Program-made: the position numbers and the translations under genes
Origin: an uncultured virus (IMG/VR IMGVR_UViG_3300048065_001102)
Taxonomy: Duplodnaviria; Heunggongvirae; Uroviricota; Caudoviricetes
IMG/VR virus record: IMGVR_UViG_3300048065_001102
DNA: 64,000 nt
Reading direction: 5' to 3' (one strand)
Shown: in pieces, positions 37,191-48,100 of the stretch
How the letters are laid out: every line of letters starts with the position of its first letter
Position numbering within the stretch: position 1 is the stretch's first letter
The notes under the pieces: generated by a model
The model's database searches: none
What the model saw: only the letters and a program-made list of their open reading frames with translations
Told to the model about the DNA's origin: nothing

Positions 37191-39416
37191 TTATGCACAA
37201 TCTGGTAACTTTCCGTTGTTAAGTTTTATCTTTGTTCCGTCTGTGAGTTCAAAATATAACTCAGAAATTACAACCGGAGCATCACCTGACAATCTTCTTA
37301 ACGAAGCAGTTTCACCTGAGAACCCACCTGCGTAATATAAATTGGATCCTGCCCAATTTCCGTTGGCCGCACCATTGTGATTACAGACATTTGAATCATA
37401 ATTAGCAATTCTCAATGTTCCACTTTCATCTTGTACAATCTTCAGTAGTACCCCCATTCCATTGCTTATAGGTCCTACACCCTCTGTACAACCTCCACAG
37501 AAAACATTGCATAAATCAGTATTAAATGTTGAGTCTTGTTGAGCAGTTGTTAATTCACCAGATGGTCTTGTTGGTGATCCTGTTATCATCACACCCGCAT
37601 AAAACGATTTATCTGCTCCTCCGTTTGCAGAAATTACAGAAGCAAGTTCAGTTGCATAAGTTCCTGCATCCCCACTTGCTATCACGAATTTAGTATATGG
37701 AAGTGGAGCAATAAAACTTACTAACCACGATGTTACAGTGCTTCGTCCTACAACAGTAGTTACTTCACGGAACTCTACACCCGTTCCATCTCCACTAACA
37801 TTTCCTGTGTGCATTGCATTTGCCATTTCCTCGTAGGAAGAAAAGAACTCATCTAAGAAACCAAACCCTAAAGATGAAAATGGATTATACCCGTCCCCAT
37901 CTACGTGTATTGTTTTGTCGTATTTTGTACCATTTGAAATTCCTTTAACTGGGTCTGATCCGTAGTAATCATTCCAACCAAATCCACCCATCATGAAACT
38001 TGTTATATCGTAGTCAATGACTTCCTGAGTTGAAACTGCTTCTAATTCATACCAATCGGAATAAGCCGCATTGCTTCCGTCTTGTAATCCAATCCACAAC
38101 TTATCAGGTCCTGCTATAGGGGTAGGAGTAGGTGTTGGAGTTGGAGTAGGTGTTGGAGTAGGTGTTGGTGTTGGAGTAGGTGTTGGAGTAGGTGTCGGAG
38201 TTGGAGTAGGTGTTGGGGTTGGAGTTGGAATCTTAATGATTGTTGGCCATACAGCACTTTTATTGTTAGCCGCATTTTCAGCATTAATATTACCCACATA
38301 CACAAACAATTCATTTGTAAGAGTAGTTGCATCATCTGACCATCCCATATTTGCTCCAAAATTATCAACAATAATTGTCATATAATTACCACGCACAGCA
38401 TCATTTTTAACTTCTGAGAATTTAAATGTAATTCCGTCAAAACTAAAAATTGGTGCATACTGAGTAGTATATCCTACTTCTACAGCTGCATCTGGCCATT
38501 CGCCATGATCCAAATCATAATTACTTGGATCAAACTTAAATCCATAAACGGTTGACCACAAAGCAGTATTCATTTCAATAAAGTTATCACTACTTGGTTT
38601 TAGAATATTTCTCACTTGAAGAGTTTCTTCTCCGTTTATATTGTTCCATCTCCATTGTAATTCGTTTATTATCGGAAACGGAGTCGGTGTTGGAGTCGGT
38701 GTTGGAGTCGGAGTAGGTGTTGGAGTAGGAGTAGGTGTTTGAGTTGGAGTAGGTGTTGGAGTAGGTGTCACGATAATATTATATTCTATTACATAAACAT
38801 AAGTTCCCCACATATATCCAACAATATCATTGCGAATATACGCAATAGTAACTTCTATTGTACGACCTACATTTTGAGCTAATTCATTTTGAATATTAAT
38901 AGGTAAATATTCTGTTATATTTCCACCAGATAATATTGAATTTTCAAGTCTTACACCATAAAACCCACCTTCCAAATCAACAAACTCTATAACACCCGTA
39001 AATGAAACAGGAACACGTGCATCTGGATCAGAGTTTTCAAAGTCAGTAATCAATTGATTTAAATTAAATTCAATCGGTGTTGGTGTTGGAGTTACTACAA
39101 CACAAGTGTCAACTATTCTTCCTTGGTCACCAGCACCCACATAAGATACGGTTGCTTCAGGTATTGACAAACTAAGATTACCTTGCTTTAAGGTAATTAA
39201 ATAAGCATGACCACATACCAACTCGGTTATGTCTTGAGTATTTCCACTTCCACTTTTATATACACGTGGATAACCATCTGTATTAAATTCATATACACTA
39301 TCAATGATAGCATCGTGAGGTGCGAGTGAAAAGTTTGTACACTCGGGATCTTCACAATTTCCAAACCAAATTAAATAATTTGCGTTGTCCGTATTTTTTT
39401 GCTGTAGTTCTGCCAT
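37191..39416 (-). CDS. modular PT-rich protein (WYG/LECG module, three PT tracts, C-domain shared with 49438-51501)
   Basis: WFGNC..C...ELVCGHAYLITLK; long PT repeats; KLW.G..YSDW.EL...[10 protein letters not shown] domain. Confidence 0.65.
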   Translation of the reverse strand: MAELQQKNTDNANYLIWFGNCEDPECTNFSLAPHDAIIDSVYEFNTDGYPRVYKSGSGNTQDITELVCGHAYLITLKQGNLSLSIPEATVSYVGAGDQGRIVDTCVVVTPTPTPIEFNLNQLITDFENSDPDARVPVSFTGVIEFVDLEGGFYGVRLENSILSGGNITEYLPINIQNELAQNVGRTIEVTIAYIRNDIVGYMWGTYVYVIEYNIIVTPTPTPTPTQTPTPTPTPTPTPTPTPTPTPFPIINELQWRWNNINGEETLQVRNILKPSSDNFIEMNTALWSTVYGFKFDPSNYDLDHGEWPDAAVEVGYTTQYAPIFSFDGITFKFSEVKNDAVRGNYMTIIVDNFGANMGWSDDATTLTNELFVYVGNINAENAANNKSAVWPTIIKIPTPTPTPTPTPTPTPTPTPTPTPTPTPTPTPTPTPTPIAGPDKLWIGLQDGSNAAYSDWYELEAVSTQEVIDYDITSFMMGGFGWNDYYGSDPVKGISNGTKYDKTIHVDGDGYNPFSSLGFGFLDEFFSSYEEMANAMHTGNVSGDGTGVEFREVTTVVGRSTVTSWLVSFIAPLPYTKFVIASGDAGTYATELASVISANGGADKSFYAGVMITGSPTRPSGELTTAQQDSTFNTDLCNVFCGGCTEGVGPISNGMGVLLKIVQDESGTLRIANYDSNVCNHNGAANGNWAGSNLYYAGGFSGETASLRRLSGDAPVVISELYFELTDGTKIKLNNGKLPDCA
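38119..38229. repeat. (Pro-Thr)n coding tandem repeat
   Basis: GGAGTAGGTGTT-type 12-bp units. Confidence 0.95.
38680..38768. repeat. (Pro-Thr)n coding tandem repeat
   Basis: GGAGTC/GGTGTT units. Confidence 0.9.
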
Positions 39417-39426
39417 TTTTTATACC

Positions 39427-40809
39427 TCAGTTTACTTTTGTAAATATGTTTTGATTCGCATCATTTATGTCTGTTAAATTTCCTTCGTAACAAGAACCAT
39501 CTGCCGATTCCCATTTAAACAAGTTGTTTGTTTCGTTTATTAATGAAGTTGTAGTTATTCGTAATGTCCCAGTTTCATCTGATAAAGGACATTCAAATGT
39601 TTTAGGGGCATCTGTTTCTGTTAATGCACTCCAACATAGTTTTCCGTTTGTTGTTGATTTAAGTGTCACCATGTTTGTACTAATTACAGTATTTGCAGTT
39701 GCGACTAAGTTTGTATCAAGTCCGTCACAACAATCTTTTGGTGTTGGGGTAGGTGTTGGAGTTGGTGTTGGAGTAGGTGTTGGAGTAGGTGTTGGTGTTG
39801 GTGTTGGAGTAGGTGTTGGAGTAGGTGTTGGAGTAGGTGTTGGAGTAGGTGTTGGAGTAGGAGTAGGTGTTGGAGTAGGTGTTGGAGTAGGTGTTGGAGT
39901 AGGTGTTGGAGTAGGTGTTGGAGTAGGTGTTGGAGTAGGTGTTGGAGTAGGTGTTGGAGTAGGTGTTGGAGTAGGTGTAGCCATACAATCAACTGAAATA
40001 AGTTTATCTCTTCCTGAATTATTAGGTGCAAATGGACTTGTAGTTGCATTTGGTATAGTGATACTTGCATCTGCTAAAATTCCATCGGAAGACTTTAATT
40101 TTACATAATACGCATAACCACACTCTAATTGAGAAAAAGGTTGTTGTAATAAAATATCGTGTGACCAAACTCTTACGGCATTTCCTGTAACTTGATATAC
40201 TTTGTCTATCGCAGAATTTGCTTCAAGTGCATATGGTTCACATGGAATATTTTCACAATCTCCATACCAAATAAAGTTATATAAACCAGCTAAAATATTT
40301 GTGTTTGTATCATGTGAAGTTTGTATATTTAAATCATTTTTATGAATCGAACTGAATCCGAACGCATCTGCTGAATTATTTGGATCGTGATTATCTCCAC
40401 TATAGATGTACATTTTTTTGTACGCACGACTATCTGATGGCAATGACCATGATGATGTATTATTAGATGGACGAACTTGAATAAGTCCTACGGTTCTATT
40501 ATTTGTTAAAGTAATATTACTTATGTAAAAATCGACACCTTCCCATGAAAATGACACATCATGGGTTGCATTACACAATACTCTTGCATAAAAAGGAGAA
40601 CCAAGTTCATTACCAGCATCAAACGCATCTTCAATATCTGAATGTGCATATAAGGTAGACCAATTACTATAAGTGTCTCTTCCTACAAAATTTTCACCAG
40701 ACGAACCTAAAATATTTTTTATTTGTAATACTTTATTTCCGTTTATTGTATTCCATCTAAGTTGAATACCTGTTTGTGTGTCTTGATAAATGTTTGAGTT
40801 GTTTTCCAT
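39427..40809 (-). CDS. modular PT-rich protein
   Basis: N-domain shared with the middle of 37191-39416; internal WYGDC..LECGYAY module; about 80-aa PT tract; CC..CYEG module. Confidence 0.65.
   Translation of the reverse strand: MENNSNIYQDTQTGIQLRWNTINGNKVLQIKNILGSSGENFVGRDTYSNWSTLYAHSDIEDAFDAGNELGSPFYARVLCNATHDVSFSWEGVDFYISNITLTNNRTVGLIQVRPSNNTSSWSLPSDSRAYKKMYIYSGDNHDPNNSADAFGFSSIHKNDLNIQTSHDTNTNILAGLYNFIWYGDCENIPCEPYALEANSAIDKVYQVTGNAVRVWSHDILLQQPFSQLECGYAYYVKLKSSDGILADASITIPNATTSPFAPNNSGRDKLISVDCMATPTPTPTPTPTPTPTPTPTPTPTPTPTPTPTPTPTPTPTPTPTPTPTPTPTPTPTPTPTPTPTPTPTPTPTPTPTPTPTPKDCCDGLDTNLVATANTVISTNMVTLKSTTNGKLCWSALTETDAPKTFECPLSDETGTLRITTTSLINETNNLFKWESADGSCYEGNLTDINDANQNIFTKVN
39741..39979. 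repeat. (Pro-Thr)n coding tandem repeat
   Basis: Near-perfect (GGAGTAGGTGTT)n. Confidence 0.95.
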
Positions 40810-40824
40810 TTTTACATCTTCCTA

Positions 40825-40833
40825 TATAAATAC
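40825..40833 (-). promoter_or_regulatory. GTATTTATA motif (putative late promoter)
   Basis: Intergenic, followed by AGGA SD and ATG 40809. Confidence 0.45.
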
Positions 40834-42041
40834 TATCTTATTTGCAAATTACATATACCATTTTCAATTATTCCAACTAAACATTTACCTGCCATAAGTG
40901 GAACACCTTGAGCATTAAATAAATCGTCAACAACTTCCATATAAATTTCGTTTGAATCTAAGTTTCCATGAAACGATAAAATACCAACAGAGAACGCATA
41001 ATTTGGTACATATAAACTTACAGAATTTGCAATTCCTACACCTGCATTACCACAACAAATATTAACATCGTAACTGAATGAAGATGCTGTTATGATTGGG
41101 TTGCCAAATTCTTTTAATGTATTTCCTGGTATAAATATTGACTGCAATCCGTCTGCACAACAGGGTACAGGTGTTGGTGTTGGAGTCGGTGTTGGAGTCG
41201 GAGTTGGGGTGGGAGTTGGAGTAGGAGTTGGTGTTGGAGTAGGTGTCGGAGTAGGAGTTGGTGTTGGAGTTGGTGTTGGGGTTGGTGTTGGAGTAGGTGT
41301 CGGAGTAGGTGTTGGAGTAAATGGATTACAAGTTCCCTCTGTTGCCAAGAAATTAAATGAACTCCAATCATTGCACGAAGGATGATCATCATCAGCATTT
41401 GCAAGATTGCTTGTAAATTTGACAGGATCTGCTGAGTCTACTCCGATAACAAGTTCCCATTTACCATCATCATTAATATGAATAGTCCATTGTGGCTTTG
41501 ATGCACTTAACCAAGGTGAATCAGTGTGAACGTAAATTGATTTTTCATCAATTACAAAATAATTAAATGTATTATATTCAGTTCCTGTTAATAGTTTAAG
41601 TGAACTGGAAATTGTTTGATCCTCGGTTATACAAACAGGAACTTCAGGGTTAACTTTGCATTCATCAATCGGAGTCGGTGTTGGAGATGGTGGGTTACAG
41701 GAGTCAGTTACTCGTCCTGCATCTGAAATTGTTTTATCAGACAATACAAAACCAGGAATATCAATTGATAATAAATTTGACGGAGTTCCTTTTTTAAGAG
41801 TAATCCAATAAATGTGGCCACACTCAAGAGTTTCTAATGATTGAACATTGCTGGTTGATTCTGCAATACTCGATTTAAATACATTTGGTTTAGAAGCATC
41901 AGAAGAAATTTCAAAAACTGAATCAATTACATCATAAACTGATTGTTGTTTCAGTGAAAATGGTACACACTCACTATCACAGGTACCCAACCAGCCCATT
42001 ATTATTCTATGATTATCTTGTATTTGTTCTAAAAGTGCCAT
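40833..42041 (-). CDS. modular PT-rich protein
   Basis: GWLGTC..C...LECGHIYWITLKKG; PT tract; CC..GKCL module; AGGAG SD. Confidence 0.65.
   Translation of the reverse strand: MALLEQIQDNHRIIMGWLGTCDSECVPFSLKQQSVYDVIDSVFEISSDASKPNVFKSSIAESTSNVQSLETLECGHIYWITLKKGTPSNLLSIDIPGFVLSDKTISDAGRVTDSCNPPSPTPTPIDECKVNPEVPVCITEDQTISSSLKLLTGTEYNTFNYFVIDEKSIYVHTDSPWLSASKPQWTIHINDDGKWELVIGVDSADPVKFTSNLANADDDHPSCNDWSSFNFLATEGTCNPFTPTPTPTPTPTPTPTPTPTPTPTPTPTPTPTPTPTPTPTPTPTPTPTPTPVPCCADGLQSIFIPGNTLKEFGNPIITASSFSYDVNICCGNAGVGIANSVSLYVPNYAFSVGILSFHGNLDSNEIYMEVVDDLFNAQGVPLMAGKCLVGIIENGICNLQIR
41170..41318. repeat. (Pro-Thr)n coding tandem repeat
   Basis: Degenerate GGWGTW units. Confidence 0.95.
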
Positions 42042-42056
42042 TTTTTGCTCCTAATC

Positions 42057-42066
42057 TATAAATATC
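42057..42066 (-). promoter_or_regulatory. GATATTTATA motif (putative late promoter)
   Basis: Intergenic, followed by AGGAG SD and ATG 42041. Confidence 0.55.
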
Positions 42067-42109
42067 ATTTTAGTATTTAAATTTTCCTAAATATTTTAAT
42101 TGTGTTTTT

Positions 42110-45100
42110 TTAGCAAGGTTGTCCCCAATTTGGATGAGTATTTAATCCACTGTTGAATGAGAAATTTGCTGGTTCATTTGGAATATTTTCAACGCACCAT
42201 TTTGTAAAATCTAAATTTGACAATAAATTACAGGAAGCAAACATACCATCCATATTTGTCACATTTTTGGTATCCCAATTACTAATATTCAGTGATGATA
42301 AAGAAGAGTCACCACTAAATAAAACACGCATATTTGTGACATTACCTGTATTCCAATTTTCTATATTCAACGAATTTAAAGAACTACACAGTGCAAACAT
42401 TGCATTTATATTTATTAAATTTTCAGTATTCCAATTATTCAAATCTAAAGAAGTTAATGCCTGACAATTATAGAACATACTAGGTGCATGAGTTAAACTT
42501 CTGGTGTCAAAATTAGTATTTAATGAAACTAAATTGTATGAGCTATCAAACATATTATTCATACTAATTACATTCGTAGTATTCCAGTTGCTTATATCCA
42601 ACGATTGTAAATTACTACACTGGCTAAATGTTCTATTCATGCTTCTTACATTTTGTGTATTGAACATATTAACATTTAATGATGTCAACTTTTCACATCC
42701 ATTAAAAAATGAATCCATACTTACTATTTTATCTGTATTTATATTTTCATTAAATGTTATTGAAGATAACCTGATTGCAAAATTAAACATATTAGAAACA
42801 TTGGTTACACTACTAAAATCAAAATTACTTAAATCTAAATCACTCAGCATACTCATTTGTCTAAACATTCTAGACATATCAGTTACATTACTGGTATCAA
42901 AGTTACTTACATCCAACGAAGTAAGGGACCTACACAAACCAAACATATCACTCATACTGGTTACACGTGATGTATTAAAATTACTTACATTTAAAGATTC
43001 CAATTTATTACAATTATAAAACATTTCTGATGTATTACTAAGATTCGCATTCCATTGACTTAAATCTACGGTCTGCAAAGAAGTACAATCTTTGAACATT
43101 TGTACTGCATTTTCAAGATAAGGCATTTTACTAATACTTGCGTGTATTAGATTACTTTTACTTGCATTTAAAGAACCACCAGCATTAAGTGCTTTTATAT
43201 GTCCCCTAATTGTTACGGTATACGTATGTGACAACCCGTCATTGCTTGTTTTACTAATTGATTGATAATATGAACCATATTCTAAATTTCTTGTTTCTGT
43301 ATCATTGTTTCCTTCGAATTCAACAGAACCACCACCTTCTCCAACGATAACACGAACTGAAATTTGTGAAACATCAGAATAATTTAAAACTATATCTCCT
43401 TCAAATGTACAATTACCGAAGTCACCCCATATTGGTCGTTCTGTAAATAAACTATTAGCTGCAAAGTTACTTGGTTCTGAATCTATATTTGCAACACACC
43501 ATCCTGTAAAATCAACTGCACTTAACGACGTACATCCATCAAACATATTTTCCATAGATGTTACACTATTTACATTAAAGTTACTTAAATTTAATTCGGA
43601 CAACGATGTACAATCTTTAAACATAGAATTCATATTTGTAATGTTACTTGTATCAAATTCAGATAAATCAAGATTTTCTTTTGTAAGATTTGTACATCCC
43701 TCTAACATAGATTCAACATTTGTTAAAGAACTCATTCTTTTTATTTTAAAATGAGTAATACATTGATTGTTATTTAAATTATATGTTTTATTCCAATTTT
43801 GTTGTATTTTATCTTCTTGTATTCCAAATGTCTTTACATCTCCGTGTACTTTTATTGTAACTTGACTTGGTAATTTCTCTGCTTCGTTACCTAAAAACAT
43901 TTTTAATAAAGTATCTTCATATTCATTTATATTATGAATTTTAAAGAACTGACCACTGTGCTCCAAGGTAATTCCGTTTGATCCAATTTCAATCATAGGT
44001 AGCGATAAATTTCGGTCAAAGTTTTCATATGTAATTTCAATTGTACCGAGTAGAGAATCTGAATTTCTAAAACGATATACTTCGTTATCATTTTCAATGG
44101 TAGGAACGGCAGATATACAAAATCCTTCTGCATCTGTGTAATAAATTTGAGGATCAGCAACAAAGTCACCTGTGAGATTTATTGTTCCAACCGGTTCTTG
44201 TGCATCTTGGACAAATGCTAAATAAGATTTAGGTGTACCCTCTGAAATATTGTTGTAGCAAAGTTTTCCACCAAAATTATCAAACCACTCGGCACTCAGA
44301 GAATCAACAGCTGAATTCGTGTTGCCAGAAACTATTTCGTATGTATTTGTTGTAAGATCGCAACACGGTTTTGGTAAAGTGTAAAATTCAAGATATGCAA
44401 TAGATGTAATGTCAGCATAATTTTGCTTCAACAGTCCTGCATAACATCCATCCTGTAAACCTATTCTGACTCTGTATACCGCATTTGCAATTGGTGGTTC
44501 TGTAAATATTAAATTATCATTTTCATCTAGTTTTAAACCTGCTACCTCTTTTACAGATTTCCATTGAAATGGTGCGTATGAAGAGGCATCGTTACTCCAA
44601 TTAAACAGAGTGACAAATGCATTTCCGATTTGTAAATCAGGTCTTTCTGGATTATATCTTTTTATACTTACACTTTGTATTGTTAATTCAGCAGTTCTGG
44701 TTGGAATGGTGTTTGTTATATTATATGTCGCAATTATATTAGCATCGTCATAAAATGCATAAACATTAGTTTCTAGTGTAGTTTGTATTGGAAGTGGCAA
44801 CCTTTCACCATTATGAGTATCAGTTGACGTCAATCCTTTCTCAACCGTAAAAGTATATTCCGTTGAAAAGTTAACCACAACATTATCGTATGGATCACCT
44901 CTATAAACTGCTTCTATATTTATTACGACAGTATATGTTTTTCCTATATTTTCGTCTGCATTCCAATCTGATGTATTATCAAAATATAAACGGTGTGTAT
45001 CTTTATCCATACCACCTAAATTTAGTTTATCTGCATCCGGTCCACTTAATGTAGCGGTGCTGGATTTTACTGGACTACTAGTACCATTTAGTGTTATTGT

Positions 45101-48100
45101 AAACTCCCTAAATTTTTCTTTACCAGGATTTGGATACGAACCTGGAGTGGTGTGCCATATTCCATCTGCACAATCACTATGCCAACGTATTTCACCGACT
45201 ATATTAGGAGTAGGTGTTGGAGTAGGTGTTGGAGTAGGTGTTGAAGTAGGTGTTGGAGTAGGTGTTGGAGTTGGACACGCATTCTCTGAAACTTGCAACG
45301 CACCATTATTCACATATTCACCCTCAAAAGGATGAAAATCATACCAATATCCACCGAAACGATCAGAATCTCCGTATTTTAAATCTATTTCAAATCTTTC
45401 ATCAGATGTATTAGTTGGCCATATTGCGTTCCAAGGATAAAAAGCACACTCATCTGACAAACTATGATACCAATAAGGACCGTTTGGATCATCAACTACA
45501 ATCAACCAAACTTTTTTGATACCAGGCTCTAAATTTTGAGTTTGTGGGACTTCGTTTTCATAATAAACTGACATTGTAACACCGTCTGTGGTTGTGCTTA
45601 TATATCTTGGTCTATCGTTGAACATTTCCTCATACACCAAAGTAGTTGGTGATAAAATTGTTCCATCGGTGAAGTCACTTACACATATTGTTGTATCTTC
45701 TACTCCAGTATAATCTTCTGAACAAAATGGTAGTAGAGGAGACGGTGTTGGTGTAGGTGTTCCACACACATGATAGTGCATCGGTGGAACAAAGCATCCT
45801 GTATAAACTACTTTTTTGGAAATGCGGAAATCTTGAATGTATGCATTTATCGGGTAATTCGTCACACCCATATCGTGTGGTGTGTAACCAATAGTTAAAG
45901 GATAAGTTGCATTAGCACCAACAGGAGTTACTCGCTCTTCATCACTTGATTTAACAAGATTTCCATTTAAATACATCTTTGTTTCTGTTTTGTCATAAAC
46001 AACCGCAATGTGCATCCAATTGTTTAATATCTCTGCATCTGTCATTGGATGCTCTACAGAAGTTACAACTTGTCCGGATGATCCGTTTCCATCGGAAGTC
46101 CAAAATATCAATCCAGTTTCACCAAAATAAATGCTAAATCCTTTAGTTTGTGATGGTCCATTGTTTCCAGTTATGTTTATGCTTCTGCGATCTAATGAAT
46201 CTTTGGTAATAGCATTTACATAAACCCAACACTCAATTGTATATTCTGATGTAAGATTGTGAATATATTTAAATGTACTTGTATCTCCAACACTTAAATA
46301 ATCTCCAGTTCCATCAAAATACAAACTACTGCTTCCGATAAGTGGATTATTAGTTTCATGGTGGACATCACCATTTTTTGTTATAGAAAAATTATTATCT
46401 GAAATATCAACTATTTCATCTGTTTCGTTTGTTGTATCACTTTGAATGCTTAATGCAAGTTCAGAACAATATGGTTCATTTGGTATTGTAACAACACTTT
46501 CATGTAAAGTTGATGGAACAATAAAACATTCACCTGTATAAACTGCCTTTTTGGATACACGAAAATCTTGAATATAAGCATTTGAAAAAGGGAAATTACC
46601 AAAAGTTTCTGAATGCGAACCAATATTTAGACCATTTTGATCGTAATTACCACCTAAATTTCCACTTGCAATTTCACCACCATTGTAATAAATTTTAAGT
46701 TCTCCATTCTTTCTGACGAATACGATATGATTCCATGTATTTAATGATTCTGACATACTTTGGTTACCAATTGTGTCACCACTAGTATGCGTAATAAATC
46801 TTATTGATGTTGGATTTGCAACAATTAACCAACGACTTGATTCCTCTCCCGTTGTCAGTTCTTTATTATTTTGCAAATAAAAACTTGAAGATGTTGTTGG
46901 AAAATTAATCCAAAATTCTATTGTAAAATCATCAATTCCAAAATGTAAATTAGGAGAAGATTCTACTTGAAGATACTGACCATCTCCATTAAAATACAAA
47001 CTACTTTTGCCATAATATGGTTTACTTGTGGTGTGACTTACATCTCCATTTTTCGTTATAGAAATATTATTCTGAGAAATATCTATAATTTCATCTGCAT
47101 TGTTTGTTGTGTCACTTTGAATGCTTAATGCAAGTTCTGTACAAGTAGGTTGATTTGGTTTTGTTGGGAAATTTGTAAACAACGTTGGTGGTAAATCATG
47201 ACATCCGTCATAAACTGCTTTTGATGAAATTCGTAAATCTTGGATGTATCCATTTAACGGAAGAGGATGAACATAATTGCTTACTGCTTGGGCGGCAATT
47301 GAGTATGCGTTATTAAGATAGTTTGTTGTGTATGTACGTGTTGCAATTACTTTTCCGTTTATGCAGAATGTTTCTACATTGCTTTTTCTTGTTTGCGAAA
47401 AATGAATCCATTCATTAAAATCAATGTCATGTTCAAGAAGTACATTATCGTTGATACTTCCTATTGCAATTTGATATTTTGATGATGTTTTTGATGGAAC
47501 AACTTTGATTAAACTATGAGTTCCTTTTATTGTTTCACTTGATTTTGATCGTCCATCTAAAACTACTGCTGAGTTTTTCCAAAAGTGGTGAGCAAGACCA
47601 TAATCTGTTTTTAATCCAACTTGAAATCCGTTATATGCAATTACTCCGTTTCCACCATTTCCTGACGTGTTTCCCCATCCACTGGATCCTCCTGTTCCGT
47701 TTGCAACTTGTCTTGCACCAAATTTAGTACGAATAGTTCCTTTGTTGTGTACATTACCTGTAAATAAAATACTTCCTCCTGCACCACCACCTCCGTGTCC
47801 TGGTTCTGCATTTCCTGGATCAAGTGCTTTGCCTCCAAATTCTCCTTTTGACTGAATAAAACCATTTTTAGAAATTTCACAATGAATTGCATCAATAATA
47901 ACTATACCACCACCGTCACCTCCACGACCTCCCGTTGAATTTTGAGAATCATGTGGACTTGCATTATCAGATGCTCCTTGTCCTCCACCAGGACCCATAA
48001 ATAATTTTTCTTTTATTGTATTGTTATCAGCTGCAAATGCAGTTCCACCCTTTGCACTTCCTATACTTTGTCCCAGTGTTCCGTGTCCAGCACCAGCTCC